A stretch of 64,000 nt of DNA from the human T2T-CHM13v2.0 reference genome, Homo sapiens. Below the pieces are notes generated by a model that ran no database searches, had not been told where the DNA came from, and saw only the letters and a list, made by a program, of their open reading frames with translations. Position 1 is the first letter of the stretch, and each line of letters begins with the position of its first letter. A program made the position numbers and the translations under genes. The stretch lies in assembly GCF_009914755.1 (NCBI RefSeq), contig NC_060936.1; one strand, 5' to 3'. This document shows, piece after piece, positions 14,520 to 29,267 of the stretch.

Positions 14520-14695
14520 CTTGTGTCCTGGCTTTGTCACCCTTTGGTTGTGCAACTTTGGGAAATTTACCTAGATTTCTGTGCTTCAGTTTCCTGAGCT
14601 CCAAAATGGGAGTAAAAGCTACTGTGGAAGTTGATGAAATGAAGCGGTCTTTAAAGCCAACAGGGTCTAACACTTAATAGGTGCTATATAAGTTA
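14520..14695 (+). mobile_element. MIR
   Basis: CTGTGCTTCAGTTTCCTGAGCTCCAAAATGGG core. Confidence 0.7.
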
Positions 14696-15699
14696 ATCTA
14701 AGCCTATTTTGAAAGAGTTTGTATTATCTTTTGGAAATTATATGGGGATAATGCAAACATTTGTGTGTGTGTGTGTGTAGAGAGAGTGGGTGGGGCTGGA
14801 GGACCAGATATACTAGCTTGTAATATTCTAGGAAACTAATTATCTGAGATAATTTATTTAAATTTGGGGCGATTTTGGTGCCATAAATGCCAGGATAAAT
14901 GTATATATGAGCTGCATAAATACTATGGAGAAGGAGGTGGCTAAGCCTAGTGTGGTGGGGTATGAGATGAAGGGGAAGGAGTTGGAGCAGAAATAAAAGT
15001 TTAAAAACAATACTATGGAGATCTTAAAAGAATTTTTTTGTTTAAAAAAAAACAGTAAACAGTACATCACAACTGAGGATCTCCAGGACCACTCAAAAAG
15101 TGTTCTGTGAATCTTTCAAATCAATAGCACTACTTACTCCAGATAAAGGCGTGAAAGGACCTCAAGGTGACAGAGTTCTGTTAACAGCGAGAGAGCAGCA
15201 TGGTCAAAGGCAGTGGATAGATAATCTGGAATTTTCCAGGATGGCAAGAGGATAAATGAATTTTAATTTTAATAAATGGAAATTGGGACAGAGAGAGTAG
15301 GTGGTTAGAAAAGACTTTCTTTAAGAAAAATTTACTTTAAATATTTACAAAATATTTAAAACATATTTTGTTTTAAATTGAAGGTTAGGGGACTTTTCTA
15401 TATGTTTCTTTTTAGGTTTCCGTTAAGAATTGTCTGAATTCTGATATTTGGATTGTTTGATTATTCCACATGGAATTGTGTGTTAGGGTAAGACTTTTTA
15501 ACTTAAGCACATAAAGAACCTTTGATTGCCACTCTGAGAGGTTCAAGATGAAGAGTAAAGTTTCAGAAAATATTGATTTGGTTTCTACTTCTTTGAATCT
15601 TTATGTCTACTTCTACAATCCTCATTATTAATTAGCTTCAGAAGTGGTTTTGCCTAAGAACCTGAAAATGGTCTCTCTGTTTATACATTTTCTAATTAG

Positions 15700-15850
15700 A
15701 AATATACATATGGACATACATACTATGTATAATAATATACACAGTATGTGTATCTATATTCATATATAAGTATATATATAATAGACTATACTTATATAGT
15801 CTATATGTATATAGATTTATATATACATCAACCAATTATGTACAGATAGA
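15700..15850. repeat. TA-rich low-complexity tract
   Basis: Degenerate (TA)n/TATG repeats. Confidence 0.7.
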
Positions 15851-16338
15851 ACATCTTGACTACTAAGATGTCAACTCTCCTTTTTCCTTCCTTTTTTCCT
15901 CCTTCCCTTCCACTGTATGAAAAATATTCTTTCATATCAGTAAAGGTAAAGGTATATTATTTCTGATGTCACAGTTGCTTTAGATAATTCTAAACAGCTG
16001 ATACAGATACCTTCTTTACCATGACATAGAATGAAGAATGGGAATTGGTAATTGACAAGATTACAAATACTCTAATTTTTTTAAATAAAAAAATGTAATA
16101 GCAATAGCTATTCTGAATTGTAGCAGGTAAGAGATCCTGCTGATTACAATGGAGGGTTAGTGTCACCATTCTGACTTTCTGGAGAGGTCCTGTCTCCTCA
16201 GGTACGTCCTGTCTGCCTCAGTCATCATGGGACAGAGAACCTCCTTGGGTTCTAGGGATCCTCCAGATCAAGGACTCTTAATCTGGTACATCAGAAAGAC
16301 CTTGAACTCCATAAAGTTAATGCAAATATTACAGCTAC

Positions 16339-16906
16339 TTTATTGTGGTAAAATACTTATAACATGACATATACCCTCTTAACAAAATTTTAACTATAAG
16401 CATAATGTCGTACAGCAGATATTTAGAACTTTTTCATCTTGTACAACTGAAACTTTACACCCATTGAACAGCAACTCCCTACTTCCACCTCCCTCCACCT
16501 TTTGCAACCATCATTCTACTTTTTGTTTCTGTGAGTCCGACTACTTTAAAAACCTCATATAAATGAAATCATGCAGTCTTGTCCTTCTGTGACTGGCTGA
16601 TTTCAGGTAGCATGATGTCCACTTTTGTGGAAAACAGTATGGAGGTTCTTCAAAAAATTAAAAAACAGAACTACCATCCAGCATTCCCATTTCTGGGTGT
16701 TTATCCAAAAGAACTGAAATCAGGATTTGGAAGAGATATTTGAACTCCCATGTTCATTGCAGCATTACTTGCAACAGTCAAAAGGTGGAAAGCACCTTAA
16801 TGTCTATTGATTGATGACTGAATAAAGAAAATTTGATACATGCATACAATGGAATATTACTTATCCATACAAAGAAGGAAATCCTGTCACATACTATCAC
16901 ATGAAT
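16339..16906 (-). mobile_element. L1MB-like 3' end with inverted 5' segment
   Basis: 16339-16620 is the antisense 3'UTR; 16621-16906 is the adjacent upstream L1 sequence in sense orientation. Confidence 0.85.
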
Positions 16907-17204
16907 TATAGCCATGCCTTAAGGGAAAATTCTGTGGGAAACTTAGCTCTCTATCACATTCTGGAAGGAATCTGCCATACAAACAAAGTTAAACATCACT
17001 GCATTAAGGCATGCCTAACAATGAACAAATTCAAAGAAGTTAAACTTGACTTACTTTGTCATTTCATGTTTGGGCCTGCTCCAGATAATTAATGTGCTCA
17101 TGACACTCTCCCTGCCCAACTTTTAAAAGGTCTTTTTCTGTAGGTGATTACTCCAGTCTGGTCTTGCTAGGTAGAGCTCCAGTGGGGACACTAACATCCT
17201 ATCT

Positions 17205-17497
17205 CTTTTTTTTTGAGACCAAGTCTCGCTCTGTCACCCAGGTTGGAGTGCAGTGGCACAATCTTGGCTCACTGAAACCTCCGCCTCCTGGGTTCAAGTG
17301 ATTCTTCTGCCTCAGTCTTCCGAGTAGCTGGGACTACAGGCGCCCGCCACCACGCCCGGATAATTTTTGTATTTTTTTTAGTAGAGACAGGGTTTCACCA
17401 TATGGGCCATGCTGGTCTTGAACCCCTGACCTCGCGATCTGCCTGCCTTGGCCTCTCAAAGGGCTGGGCTTATAAGCATGAGCCACTGCACCCGGCT
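17205..17497 (-). mobile_element. AluSg-like
   Basis: Short GACCTCGCGATC form; TSD ACT(AA/TG)CATCCTATCT at 17190-17204 and 17498-17512. Confidence 0.9.
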
Positions 17498-18206
17498 ACT
17501 TGCATCCTATCTTATGGAAACATACTTATTCTATTTTCTCAGCACACTATTCTTTGCTAGGGAAATGCAAATAAACTGAGCTGACATGTCATGGTTTGTC
17601 TTTCTCAGATGTGAGTATTTCTTCAGGGAATTTCAATGACCTAAACGGATAAAAGCAGACAGTAGAGATTTGGGGCTCAAGAGCAAGTTAGAGTGGTAGA
17701 TAAGGCTGTAACAGTGACATTCTTCTCAACTCTTCTAAAGAAGTCATCGAACATGTGCCTTCTCTATATGCAAGACTGATCTACCTACTTAAAAAAGAAG
17801 AAAATAATCCATTGGACAATGCCATATAAGATTATTTTTTTGCATCTTTAAGAAAGTCTTCTTAAAATTAATGGTTTTTTTTGGTAGGAAATGTAGCCAT
17901 TAAAATAATTGCCTTTCTTAGTACCAAAGTCTCAATAGTTAAAGATTAAGGGTTCTGTTGGTTTTTCTTCTCTGTAAGATCTTGTGGCAGATTTCAGTCA
18001 CATATGACTGAAGAATAAATAATAAATCTTGGATGAAAGTTTAATTTTTTTCAAAACAGGACACTTCTCATGGTCCTAATTATTTTTGAAGCCATTCTCT
18101 ATTAACATTATGACAAGGATTTGGTAGTGGGAAAAGAAGTTCCAAACTTGTGTGACACATAGCTCCCATCTGGCTTTTAGTAAGTTTTTTTTTTTTTTTT
18201 TAAAGG

Positions 18207-18550
18207 TGTCTTGGTCCATTGTGCTGCTATAATAGAATACATGAGACTTGACAATTTAAAATGAACAGATATTTATCGGCTCAGAGTTCTGGAGGCTGGG
18301 AAGTACAATATCAAGATGCTGGCTGTTTGCGAGGGTCTTCTTGCTACATCATTTCATGGCAGAAGGTGAGAGGATGAGAGAGAGCAAGAGGGGGCTGAAC
18401 TTGCCCTTTTATAATGGCACCAATTCCACCCATGAGGGTGGAACTCTCCTGGCCTAAACACCTTTGAATGGTCCCACATCATTAAAGCTGTTATAATAGC
18501 AATTAAATTTCAACATGACTTTTGGAGGGGCAAACATTGAAACTATAGTG
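18207..18550 (-). mobile_element. MaLR solo LTR (MST-type)
   Basis: Antisense MST body; TAAAGG flanks at 18201-18206 and 18551-18556. Confidence 0.88.
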
Positions 18551-20583
18551 TAAAGGAGACCTTACCCTTTTATATAATCCTTAGTAAAACTTGTGTAATT
18601 CATGTGATGGAGACTGCTAATATCTGGTTATATTGGGAAGCTTGGATATTTCCTATACATTTTAAGTATTGGATAAACTTAAGAATATTCTGTATAGGAT
18701 ACTTTCTCCTTGGAATCTAAATCATTTTTCTGATTTAGAAACTAAGGAGAAGCCTGTAGTCATTGGCTTAAAAATTGATTACAAATGAATTTGTAGAAAT
18801 AGTACTTCCCATCCCAACTTCACTTCTATTTTACATCAGTTTTCTTTTTTTTACATAACAGATGTGACATTTAAATATTTCTCTAATGTTATGGCATAAT
18901 GAACTTTGTCAAAGAGCCATATGGTTTATGCAAACACAAAGATAATCTTGGAACATTGACATATGTAAGCTTAATTTAAAAAGTCTGTGAAAATAGTGAA
19001 AAGCAGATGGAGAGTTGCCATGGAAATTACTAACACTTAGAGGAAGAAAAATATTACTTTAGGGTCATTGTGATTTCTAAAGGAATGGTCAGACTTGCAA
19101 AATTGTTTTCCTACCCAATTGTCAGTAATAAAAACAGATGTTGGCAGGTAAATATATTTTTTATTTATCTATGATTTTATGATTTCATTGCATTCTGAAT
19201 ATATTACAGGTATGCACATTTTTATTGGTAAAGACTTTTAGTAGTGGAAGAAAATCTAACTATTTACCACTACTTTAAATAAGAAATGTTCTTTTCAATT
19301 TTTCTGAATGAAAGTACAAGTTGTGACTTATTAGTTTTTGTTCTCCTTATGTAGGTTTTTATCTTGATATAAGATAAAATTAGTATCAGAATGACATAGT
19401 CTTTAAAGGAAGATGACTAAAATTTGCTCTTATAGATTAATTGTACCAATTGTAAAAAATAGAGAGAAGTCTAGATAGCTCAATAAAAGTAATGAAAAAA
19501 CCTTTTAGGCCAGATTCTTTATTAGAAATTATAATTGGTAGACACTGCTCTTTACCATAGCTTAGTCATAGAGAAAGTTTAAAAATATCAATAGGAAGTC
19601 ATTTGCACTGCTCATTTTGTACCAGCAATTATTTATCACCTGATTGGTTTATATATTCATTTCCATGAACTTTCGAAAAGTCAGTAACTAAACTCTAATT
19701 CTTTCTCTTTTCTTCTGGGGCAATTTCAGTTGCTGTGGTTCTCATGGAATAGACTAATCAAAAGTGGGAAGGAATTAAAGTTGGGGCCAGGCGGTTTTGG
19801 AACATCGACATAACATTTGGTAAAATGTGAAGCTGAATTAACGCTGTTTTTGATGTTGAAAATGAAATATCAAGAATAAAGGGATAAATATCTATGATTC
19901 CAACCTGTAGGAAATCATAAAAACTTGTTTCTTTGCAAAACACTAAAATTATACAATAAGATTCAATGGGAATTTAAAATGAGGATGCTGGGATCAACTA
20001 ATGCAGATGGATTAGCATTTAAGTTGTTTTTTTCTTTGTTCTTTCTTTCCTTTCCTTTTTTTTTTTTTTAAAGATTTGGATGGCAAATCGTCTTTCTGCA
20101 ATTGTTTTATGGCTGCCATTGCAATTAAGAAATGGAAAATAAATTTCTGAAATCCAACAAAGTCTGATCTTATCAGCATCAGAACCATGTATGGAAAAAT
20201 CCTCATAAGTGGAGCGGTTGAACCTTGGAAATATATCAGCCTTCGAAAATTGCAGCTGGAGACATCTGTCATTTGTGAGAGTGAAGGTTTAGTTGGCTTC
20301 ATACCTGAGCTAGGGGTTCTTGAGATCCCGCATTTGTTTTAGGCGAAGAGAAATCAGTGTTTCTCTCTTGTGAAATGCTTTGGATGTTTGAGGAAAAATA
20401 CACGTTTATTGAAGTATAACAAATATACAGAAAAGTGTACAGACCACAGGTCATAGTTTTATCAATTTCCACAAAGGAAGTTACTAATACCCTGAAAAAT
20501 AAATACACTATGATTAGAAGCCCAAAGTCCATTCTGGTATAACCATCCAGTCTTTACAGCCCCAAATGTAACCACCACCTTGA

Positions 20584-20912
<329 letters not shown>

Positions 20913-21774
20913 TGATTCTGGAATTTATATAAATGTAACCAAAGAGGATATACTTTTTGGGTCTGTCTCTGTTAGCTGAACATTATGTTTGTAAGATTTA
21001 TTCCTGGTGTTGCATGTAGCAAATCGGTGTCATCCTCACTGCTCTATAGTACTAACTATTCTGTTGTATGAAAAGTCCACAATTTTTCATTAATATTAAC
21101 AATGTTCCTATAAACATTCTTATATATGTTTTTTAGGGAAGATAGAGACACATTTGTGTGTGTGCGTGTGTGTGTGTCTGTGTGTATATATACCAAGGAG
21201 TGGAACTGCTGGAGCATATGGTAATCATTTCTAGTGGAAACTGCTGAATAGTTTTTCCCAAGAAGTTTTATGTGAATTCCACCTGCTTTTCATCCTTGTC
21301 AACTCTTGGTACTGTCATTTTTATTTTTACCCTTAATGGCAGATGGTCGTGGTGTCTCATTCTTGTTTCAGCTGAAGAAGCTGAGTGCCTTTAGATATGT
21401 TTACTGGCCCTTTGGATATCCTCTTTTGCAAAGTGTCTGTTCAAGTTTCTTGGCCAGTTTTTCTATTGGATTGTCTGTATTTTTCTTATTGATTTTAGGA
21501 GTTCTCTTGTATTCTGAATCGGAGCCTTTTGTCAGTAAGATGTATGGAAACATCTTCCACTCTGGGGCTTAACTTTTTACTTCTTAGTGATGTCTTTGAT
21601 GAACAGACATTATTAATTTTAACATAATATAATTGATCAATTTTTGTTTATTTTATGGTTAGTCCCTTTTAAATTCTGTTTAATAAATCTGTTTAATAAA
21701 TTTTATATTTTTTGTTTTTTATAAATTTTATTAAAATATTCTTTTATGATTTATTCCAGAAGCCCTATTTTTTT

Positions 21775-22460
<686 letters not shown>

Positions 22461-22955
22461 GCCAAGAAGCTCAGTTTTTTAGCTTTCACATATAGATAGA
22501 TCTACAGTATATCTGGAACTGGTATTTGCATATGAGGTGAGGCAGAAGCTCAAGATTCACATTTTCCCCTGTGGTTACCCAACTGATTCATATCCAGTTG
22601 ACCCAGCAACACTGACTAAAAAGAATATCCTTTTCCTAACTAATCGTGTGTTACTTTAATCATACATCAAGTGGACTCTTTTCTTTTCCATTGACTAATA
22701 TCTATCCTTTCACTAATTCTCTTAATTACTGCAGCAATGTAATAAGTCTTGATACCTGAAAGTGAAAGACTAACTGTTCTTTGTATTACTATACAAATAT
22801 TTGAACCAGCTTGTTAAATTTATTAAACAAAATTTAGCTGGGATTTGGACTGGGATTGCACTGAATTTATAGATCAATTTGGGAGAAAATGATAATTTTA
22901 CAATATTGAGTCTTCTAATTTATGAATATAATATCTCTCTCCCAATAATTTTAGT

Positions 22956-23300
<345 letters not shown>

Positions 23301-23562
23301 TAGAGATGTTACACTTCACTCATTAGATTTATTTCTAAGTACTTGATGATTTATTCCAGAATAAATTATTTATTTATTCATTTTTGTGATAAAGTGACTT
23401 GTATTTAGTAAAATTCTCATGAATGCGCTATCAAGTTCCATATAGCAGTACGGTTACCCAGCCAATTCTGGAATGCAGAAAAACTTGGAGTATGTCAGTT
23501 GTGTCTTTTCCCAATCTTCTGTTTTTACAACAGAAGCAGAAGAGGAGGGATTGTAGGGTAAT

Positions 23563-26500
23563 CTTCTTTATTTTTATATTTATTTTTCCATAGGTTATTG
23601 GGGTACAGGTTGTATCCGGTTACATGAATAAGTTCTTTAGTGGAGCTTTGTGAGATTTTGGTGCACCCATCACCCGAGCAGTGTACACCGTATCCTATTT
23701 GTAGTCTTTTATCCCTCGCCCTGCTCCCACCGTTCCCTTCAAGTCCCCAAAGTCCATTGTATCATTCTATGCCTTTGCGTCCTCATAGCTTAGCTCCCAC
23801 ATATCAGTGAGAACATACGGTGTTTGATTTTCCATTCCTGAATTACTTCACTTAGAATAATAGTCTCCAGTCTCAACCAGGTCACTGCAAATGCTGTGAA
23901 TTCTTTCCTTTTTATGGCTGAGTAGTATTCCATCATTCTTCTACATGTGGCTAGCCATTTGTTGAAAAGGGTGTCCTTTCCCCACTTTATGTTTTTGTTT
24001 GTTTTGTCGAAGATCAGTTGGCTGTAAGTATTTGGGTTTATTTTTGGGTTCTCTATTCTGTTCCATTGGTCTATGTGCCTATTTTAATATTAGTACCACA
24101 CTGTTTTGGTGACTATAGCCTTATAGCATAGTGTGAAATCAGGTAGTGTGATGCCTTCAGATTTGTTCTTTTTGCTTAGTCTTGCTTTGGCTATGCAGGC
24201 TCTTTTTTGGTTTCATATGACTTTTAGAATTGTTGTTTCTAATTCTGTGAAGTATAATGGTGGTATTTTGATGGGGATTGTGTTGAATTTGTGGATTGCT
24301 TTTGGCAGTATGGTCATTTTCACAATATTGATTCTACCCATTCATGAGCATGGGATGTGTTTCCATTTGTTTGTGTCATCTATGATTTCTTTCAGCAGTG
24401 TTTTGTAGTTTTCCTCATAGTGGTCTTTTGCCTCCTTGGTTAGGTATATTCCTAAGTATTTTATTTTATTTTTTGCAGCTATTGTAAAAGGAGTTGAGTT
24501 CTTGATTTGACTCTCCACTTGGTCGCTGTTGGTGTATAGAAGAGCTATTGATTTGTGTACATTAATCTTGCATCTGGAAACTTTGCTGAATTCTTTGATT
24601 TGTTCTAGGAACTTTCCAGAGGAGTCCTTAGGGCTTTCAAGGTAAACGATCATATCACCAGCAAACAGTGACAATTTGACTTCCTCTTTACCAGTTTGGA
24701 TGCCCTTTATTTCTTTCTCTTGTCTGATTGCTCTGGCTAGGACTTCTAGTACTATGTTGAAGAGGAGTGGTGAGAGTGGGCATCCTTGTCTTGTTCCGGT
24801 TCTCTGAGGGAATGCTTTCAACTTTTCCCCATTCAGTATTATGTGGCTGTGGGTTTGTCATAGATGGCTTTTATTACATTGAGGTATGTCCCTTGTATGC
24901 CAATTTTGCTGCGAGTTTTAATCATAAAGGAATGCTGGATTTTGTCAAATGCTTTTTTTGCATCTTTAAGATGATCGTGTGATTTTTGTTTTTAATTCTG
25001 TTTATGTGGTGTATCACATTTATTGACTTGTGTATGTTAAACCATCCCTGCATCCGTGGTATGAAACCCACTTGATCATGGTGCATTATCTTTTCGACAT
25101 GTTATTGGATTAGTTAGCTAGTATTTTGTGAAGGATTTTAGCATCTATGTTCATCAGGGACATCAGTCTGTAGTTTTCTTTTTTGGTTATGTCCTTTCCT
25201 GGTTTTGGTATTAGGGTAATGCTGGCTTCATATAATGAAATAGGGAGAGTTCCCTCTTTCTCTATCTTGTGGAATAGTGTCAAAAGGATTGGAACCAATT
25301 CTTCTTTGAATGTCTGGTAGAATTCTGCTGTGAATCCATCTGGTCCCGAACTTTTTTTTGTTGGTAATTTTTTAATTACCATTTCAATCTCACTGCTTGT
25401 TATTGGTCTGCTCAGGGTATCTAATTCTTCCTGATTTAAGGTAGGAGGGTTGTATTTTTCCAGGAATTTATCCACCTCTTCTAGGTTTTCTAGTTTATGT
25501 GGGTAAAGGTATTCATAGTAGCCTTGAATGATCTTTTGTATTTCTGTTGTGTCAGTTGTAGTATCTCCTGTTTTGTTTCTTACTGAGGTTATTCGGATTT
25601 TCTCTCTTTTTTTCTTGGTTAATCTTGCTAATGGTCTATCAATTTTATTTATCTTTTCGAAGAACCAGCTTTTTGTTTCATTTACCTTTTGTATTTTTTT
25701 GTTTCAATTTCATTTTATTCTGCTCTGATCTTGGTTATTTCCTTTCTTCTGCTGGGTTTGGATGTGGTTTGTTCTTGTTTCTCTAGTTCCTTGAGGTGTG
25801 ACCTTAGAGTGTCAGTTTGTGTTCTTTCAGTTTTCTTGATGTAGGCCCTTAGGGCTGTGAACTTTCCTTTTAGCACTGCGTTTGCTGTATCCCAGAAGTT
25901 TTGATAGGTTGTGTCATTGTCATTCAGTTTGAAGAATTTTTAAATTTCCATCTTGATTTTGTTTTTGGCCCAATGATCACTCAGGATCAGGTTATTTTAT
26001 TTTCATGTATTTGCATGGTTTTCAAGGTTCCTTTTAGAGTTGATTTCCAGTTTTATTTCACTGTGGTCTGAGAGAGTGCTTGATATAATCTCAATTTTCT
26101 TAACTTTATTGAGGCTCATTTTGTGGCCTATCATATGGTCTATCTTGGAGAAAGTTCCATGTGCTGTTGAATAGAATGTGAATTCTGCAGTTGTTGAAAG
26201 AAATGTTCTGTATATATCTGTTAAGTGCATTTGTTCCAAGGCAGAGTTTAAATCCATTGTTTCTTTGTTGACTTTCTGTCCTGATGACCTGTCTAGTGCT
26301 GTCAGTGGTGTATTGAAGTCCCCCACTATTATTGTATTGCTGTCTGTCTCCTTTCTTAGGTCTATTAGTAATTGTTTTATAAATTTGGGAGCTCCAGTGT
26401 TAGGTGCATATATGTTTAGGATTGTGATATTTTCTTGTTGGACAAGGCCTTTTACTGTTATATAATGTGACTTTAAACCACTGTTGCTTTAAAGTTTTTT

Positions 26501-29267
26501 TTTTTCTAATACAAGAATAGCTACCCCTGCTCACTTTTGGTGTCCATTTTCATGAAATGCCTTTTTCCATCCCTTTACTTTAAGTTTATGTGAGTCCTTT
26601 TGTGTTAGGTGAGTCTCCTGCAGGCAGCAGATAGTTGGTTGGTGAGTTCTTATCCATTCTGCAGTTCTGTATCTTTTAAGTGGAGCATTTAGGCCATTTA
26701 TGTTCAATATTAGTATTGAGATGTTAGGTACTGTTGCATTCATTCTACTATTTGTTGCCTGTGTACCTTGGTTTTTTTGTTTGTGCTTTTTAACTTGTAT
26801 TTTTGTTTTATAGGTCCTGTGTGATTTATGCTTTAAAGAGGTTCTGTTTTGATGTGTTTCCAGGATTTGTTTGAAGATTTAGAGCTCCTTTTAGCAGTTC
26901 TTGTAGTGGTGGCTTGGTAGTGGTGAATTCTCTCAGCATTTGTTGGTCTGAAAATGACTGTATCTTTCTTTCATATATGATGCTTAGTTTCACTGGATAC
27001 AAAATCCTTGGCTGATAATTGTTTCGTTTGAGGAGGCCAAAGATAGGGCCTCAATCCCTTCTAGCTCGTAGAGTTTCTGCTGAGAAATCTGCTGTTAATA
27101 TGATAGGTTTTCTTTTATAGGTTACCTGGTATCTTTGTCTCACAGCTCTTAAGATTCTTTCCTTCATTTTAACTTTAGATAACCTGATGACAATGTGCCT
27201 AGGCAATGACCTTTTTTTGATGGATTTCCCAGGTGTTCTTTATGCTTCTTGTATTTGGATGTCTAGGTCTCTAGCAAGGCTGGGGAATTTTTCCTCAATT
27301 ATTCCCCTAAATATGTTTTCCAAACCTTCAGATTTCTCTTCTTCCTCAGGAACACCATTTATTCTTAGGTTTGGTCATTTAACATAATCTCAGACTTCTT
27401 GGAGGCTTTGTTTATATTTTCTTATTCTTTTTTGTCTTTGTAGGATTGGGTTAATTAGAAGACCTTGTCTTTGAGCTCTGAATTTCTTTCTTCTACTTGT
27501 TCAGTTCTATAGCTGAGGCTTTCCAGAGCATTTTGTGTTTCTCTAAGTGGGTCCAATGTTTCCTGAAGTTTTAATAGTTTTTTGTTTTGCTATTTCCTTG
27601 AATATTTTTCCCTTCACTTCTTCTATCATTTTTTGGATTTCCTTTTATTGGGCTTCACCTTTCTCTTGTGCCTCCCTGATTAGCTTAATAACTAACCTCC
27701 TGAATTCTTTATCAGGTAAGTCAGGGATTTCTTCTTGGTTTGGATCCATTGCTGGTGAGCTAGTGTGATTTTTTTGGGTGGGGGGGGGGGGTGGTGGGTG
27801 GGTATTGAAGAGCCTTGTTTTATCATATTACCAGAGTTGATTTTCTGGTTCCTTCTCATTTGGGTAGCCTCTGTCAGAGGGAAGGTCTAGGACTGAAGAC
27901 TGTTGTTCAGATTCTTTTGTCCCATGGGATGCTCCCTTGATGTAGTATTCTCCCCCTTTTCCTGTGGATGTGGCTTCCTGTGAGCTGAGCTGCAGTGATT
28001 GTTATCTGTCTTCTGGGTCTAGCCACCCAGCAAGTCTACCTGGCTCTGGGTTGGTCCTGGGGGTTGTCTGCACATAGTCCTGTGATGTGAACTGAATATG
28101 GGTCTCTCAGCTGTGGATACCAGCACCTCTTCTGGTGGAGGTGGCAGGGCAGTGAAATGGACTCTGTGAGGGTCCTTAGCTTTGGTGGTTTAATGTTCTA
28201 TTTTTGTGCTTCTTGGCCTCATGCCAGGAGGTGGCGCTTTCCAGAGAGCATCAGCTGTGGTAGCATGGAGAGGAACTGTCGGTAAGCGAGGGCCCCAGAA
28301 CTCCCAGGAGTGTATGCCCTTTGTCTTCAGCTACCAGGGTGGGTAGGGAAGGCCCATCAGGTGGGGGCAGGGCTAGGCATGTTTGAGCTCAGGCTCTGCC
28401 TGGGCGGGTCTTGCTGTGGCTGCTGTGGGGAATGGGGGTGAGGGTCCCAGGTCAATAGACTTGTGTTCCTAGGAGGATTATGGCTGCCTCTGCTGAGTCA
28501 CGCAGGTTGTAAGGGAAGTGGGGGAAAGCCAGCAGTCACAGGTCTCACCCAGCTCCCATGCAATCTGACCGGCTGGCCCACCATGCCCCCTAACAGCCCC
28601 AAGTCTGTTTCCAGGCAGTGGGCGAGCAGGGCTTAAGAACTTTCCCCAGGCTACCCGCCTCCCAGCTGTGAAAGGAAAGGGTTTTGGTTCTTCCCCCACC
28701 TGTGGAGTCGGCACACCGGATTTGGATTTGCGGCATCCCCTGAGTTCTGACCAGGAGGCTTCTTGCCCTGTTCAAATTGTTACAAAGTTCAGCTGGAGAC
28801 TTCCTTTTCTCTGTGGCATTTTCTCCTGCGCCTCTGGCCGCCCTCCCAAAGGATCCCTGTGGTGCCAGGTAGGAATGGCCTGCTTGGGGGTCCAGCAAGC
28901 TCCCAGGGCGTTTCTCACTGCTTCCTTTACCCCTGTGTTTCGCTCGGCTATCTAAATGGACTCAGCTCCAGGTAAGGTCGGAAACTTCTCTTGCAAACTA
29001 GACCTTCAATTGCCCCAGTGGAGGTGTGTTCGGGGGTGGAGGACCTCCCTTTCCCACTTCCGCAGTTTGGGCACTTACAGCATTTGGGGTGTCTCCCGGG
29101 TCCTGCAGGAGCAATCCGCTTCCTTCAGAGGGTCTGTAGGTCCTGGGGATTCCCAGTTTGTTCTTGCAGTTGTTTCAGAGCTAAAATTCACAATGTGGGC
29201 CTCCACACACTGCTCTGTCCATCTGATTCGGAGCTGCAATCTAGTCCTGCCTCTTGTCCGCCATGAT
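23563..29267 (-). mobile_element. L1PB1-like LINE-1 with intact 5' end; ~0.9-kb internal deletion near 23936; ORFs disrupted
   Basis: 5' terminus ATCATGGCGGACAAGAGGCAGGACTAGATTGCAGCTCC on the - strand; L1PB 3'UTR; ORF2 fragments in the ORF track. Confidence 0.92.
24342..26743 (-). pseudogene. L1 ORF2 relic (endonuclease and RT domains)
   Basis: [55 protein letters not shown]; catalytic FADD reads FAGD; split across several short ORFs. Confidence 0.92.

Noticed and set aside
20012-20302. 96-aa - strand ORF running into an A tract, read as a processed pseudogene
   Set aside because: No recognisable protein, no canonical AATAAA near the tract and no TSD found.
27777-27802. G-run with G-quadruplex potential
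   Set aside because: A simple homopolymer expansion inside a dead L1; nothing indicates function.
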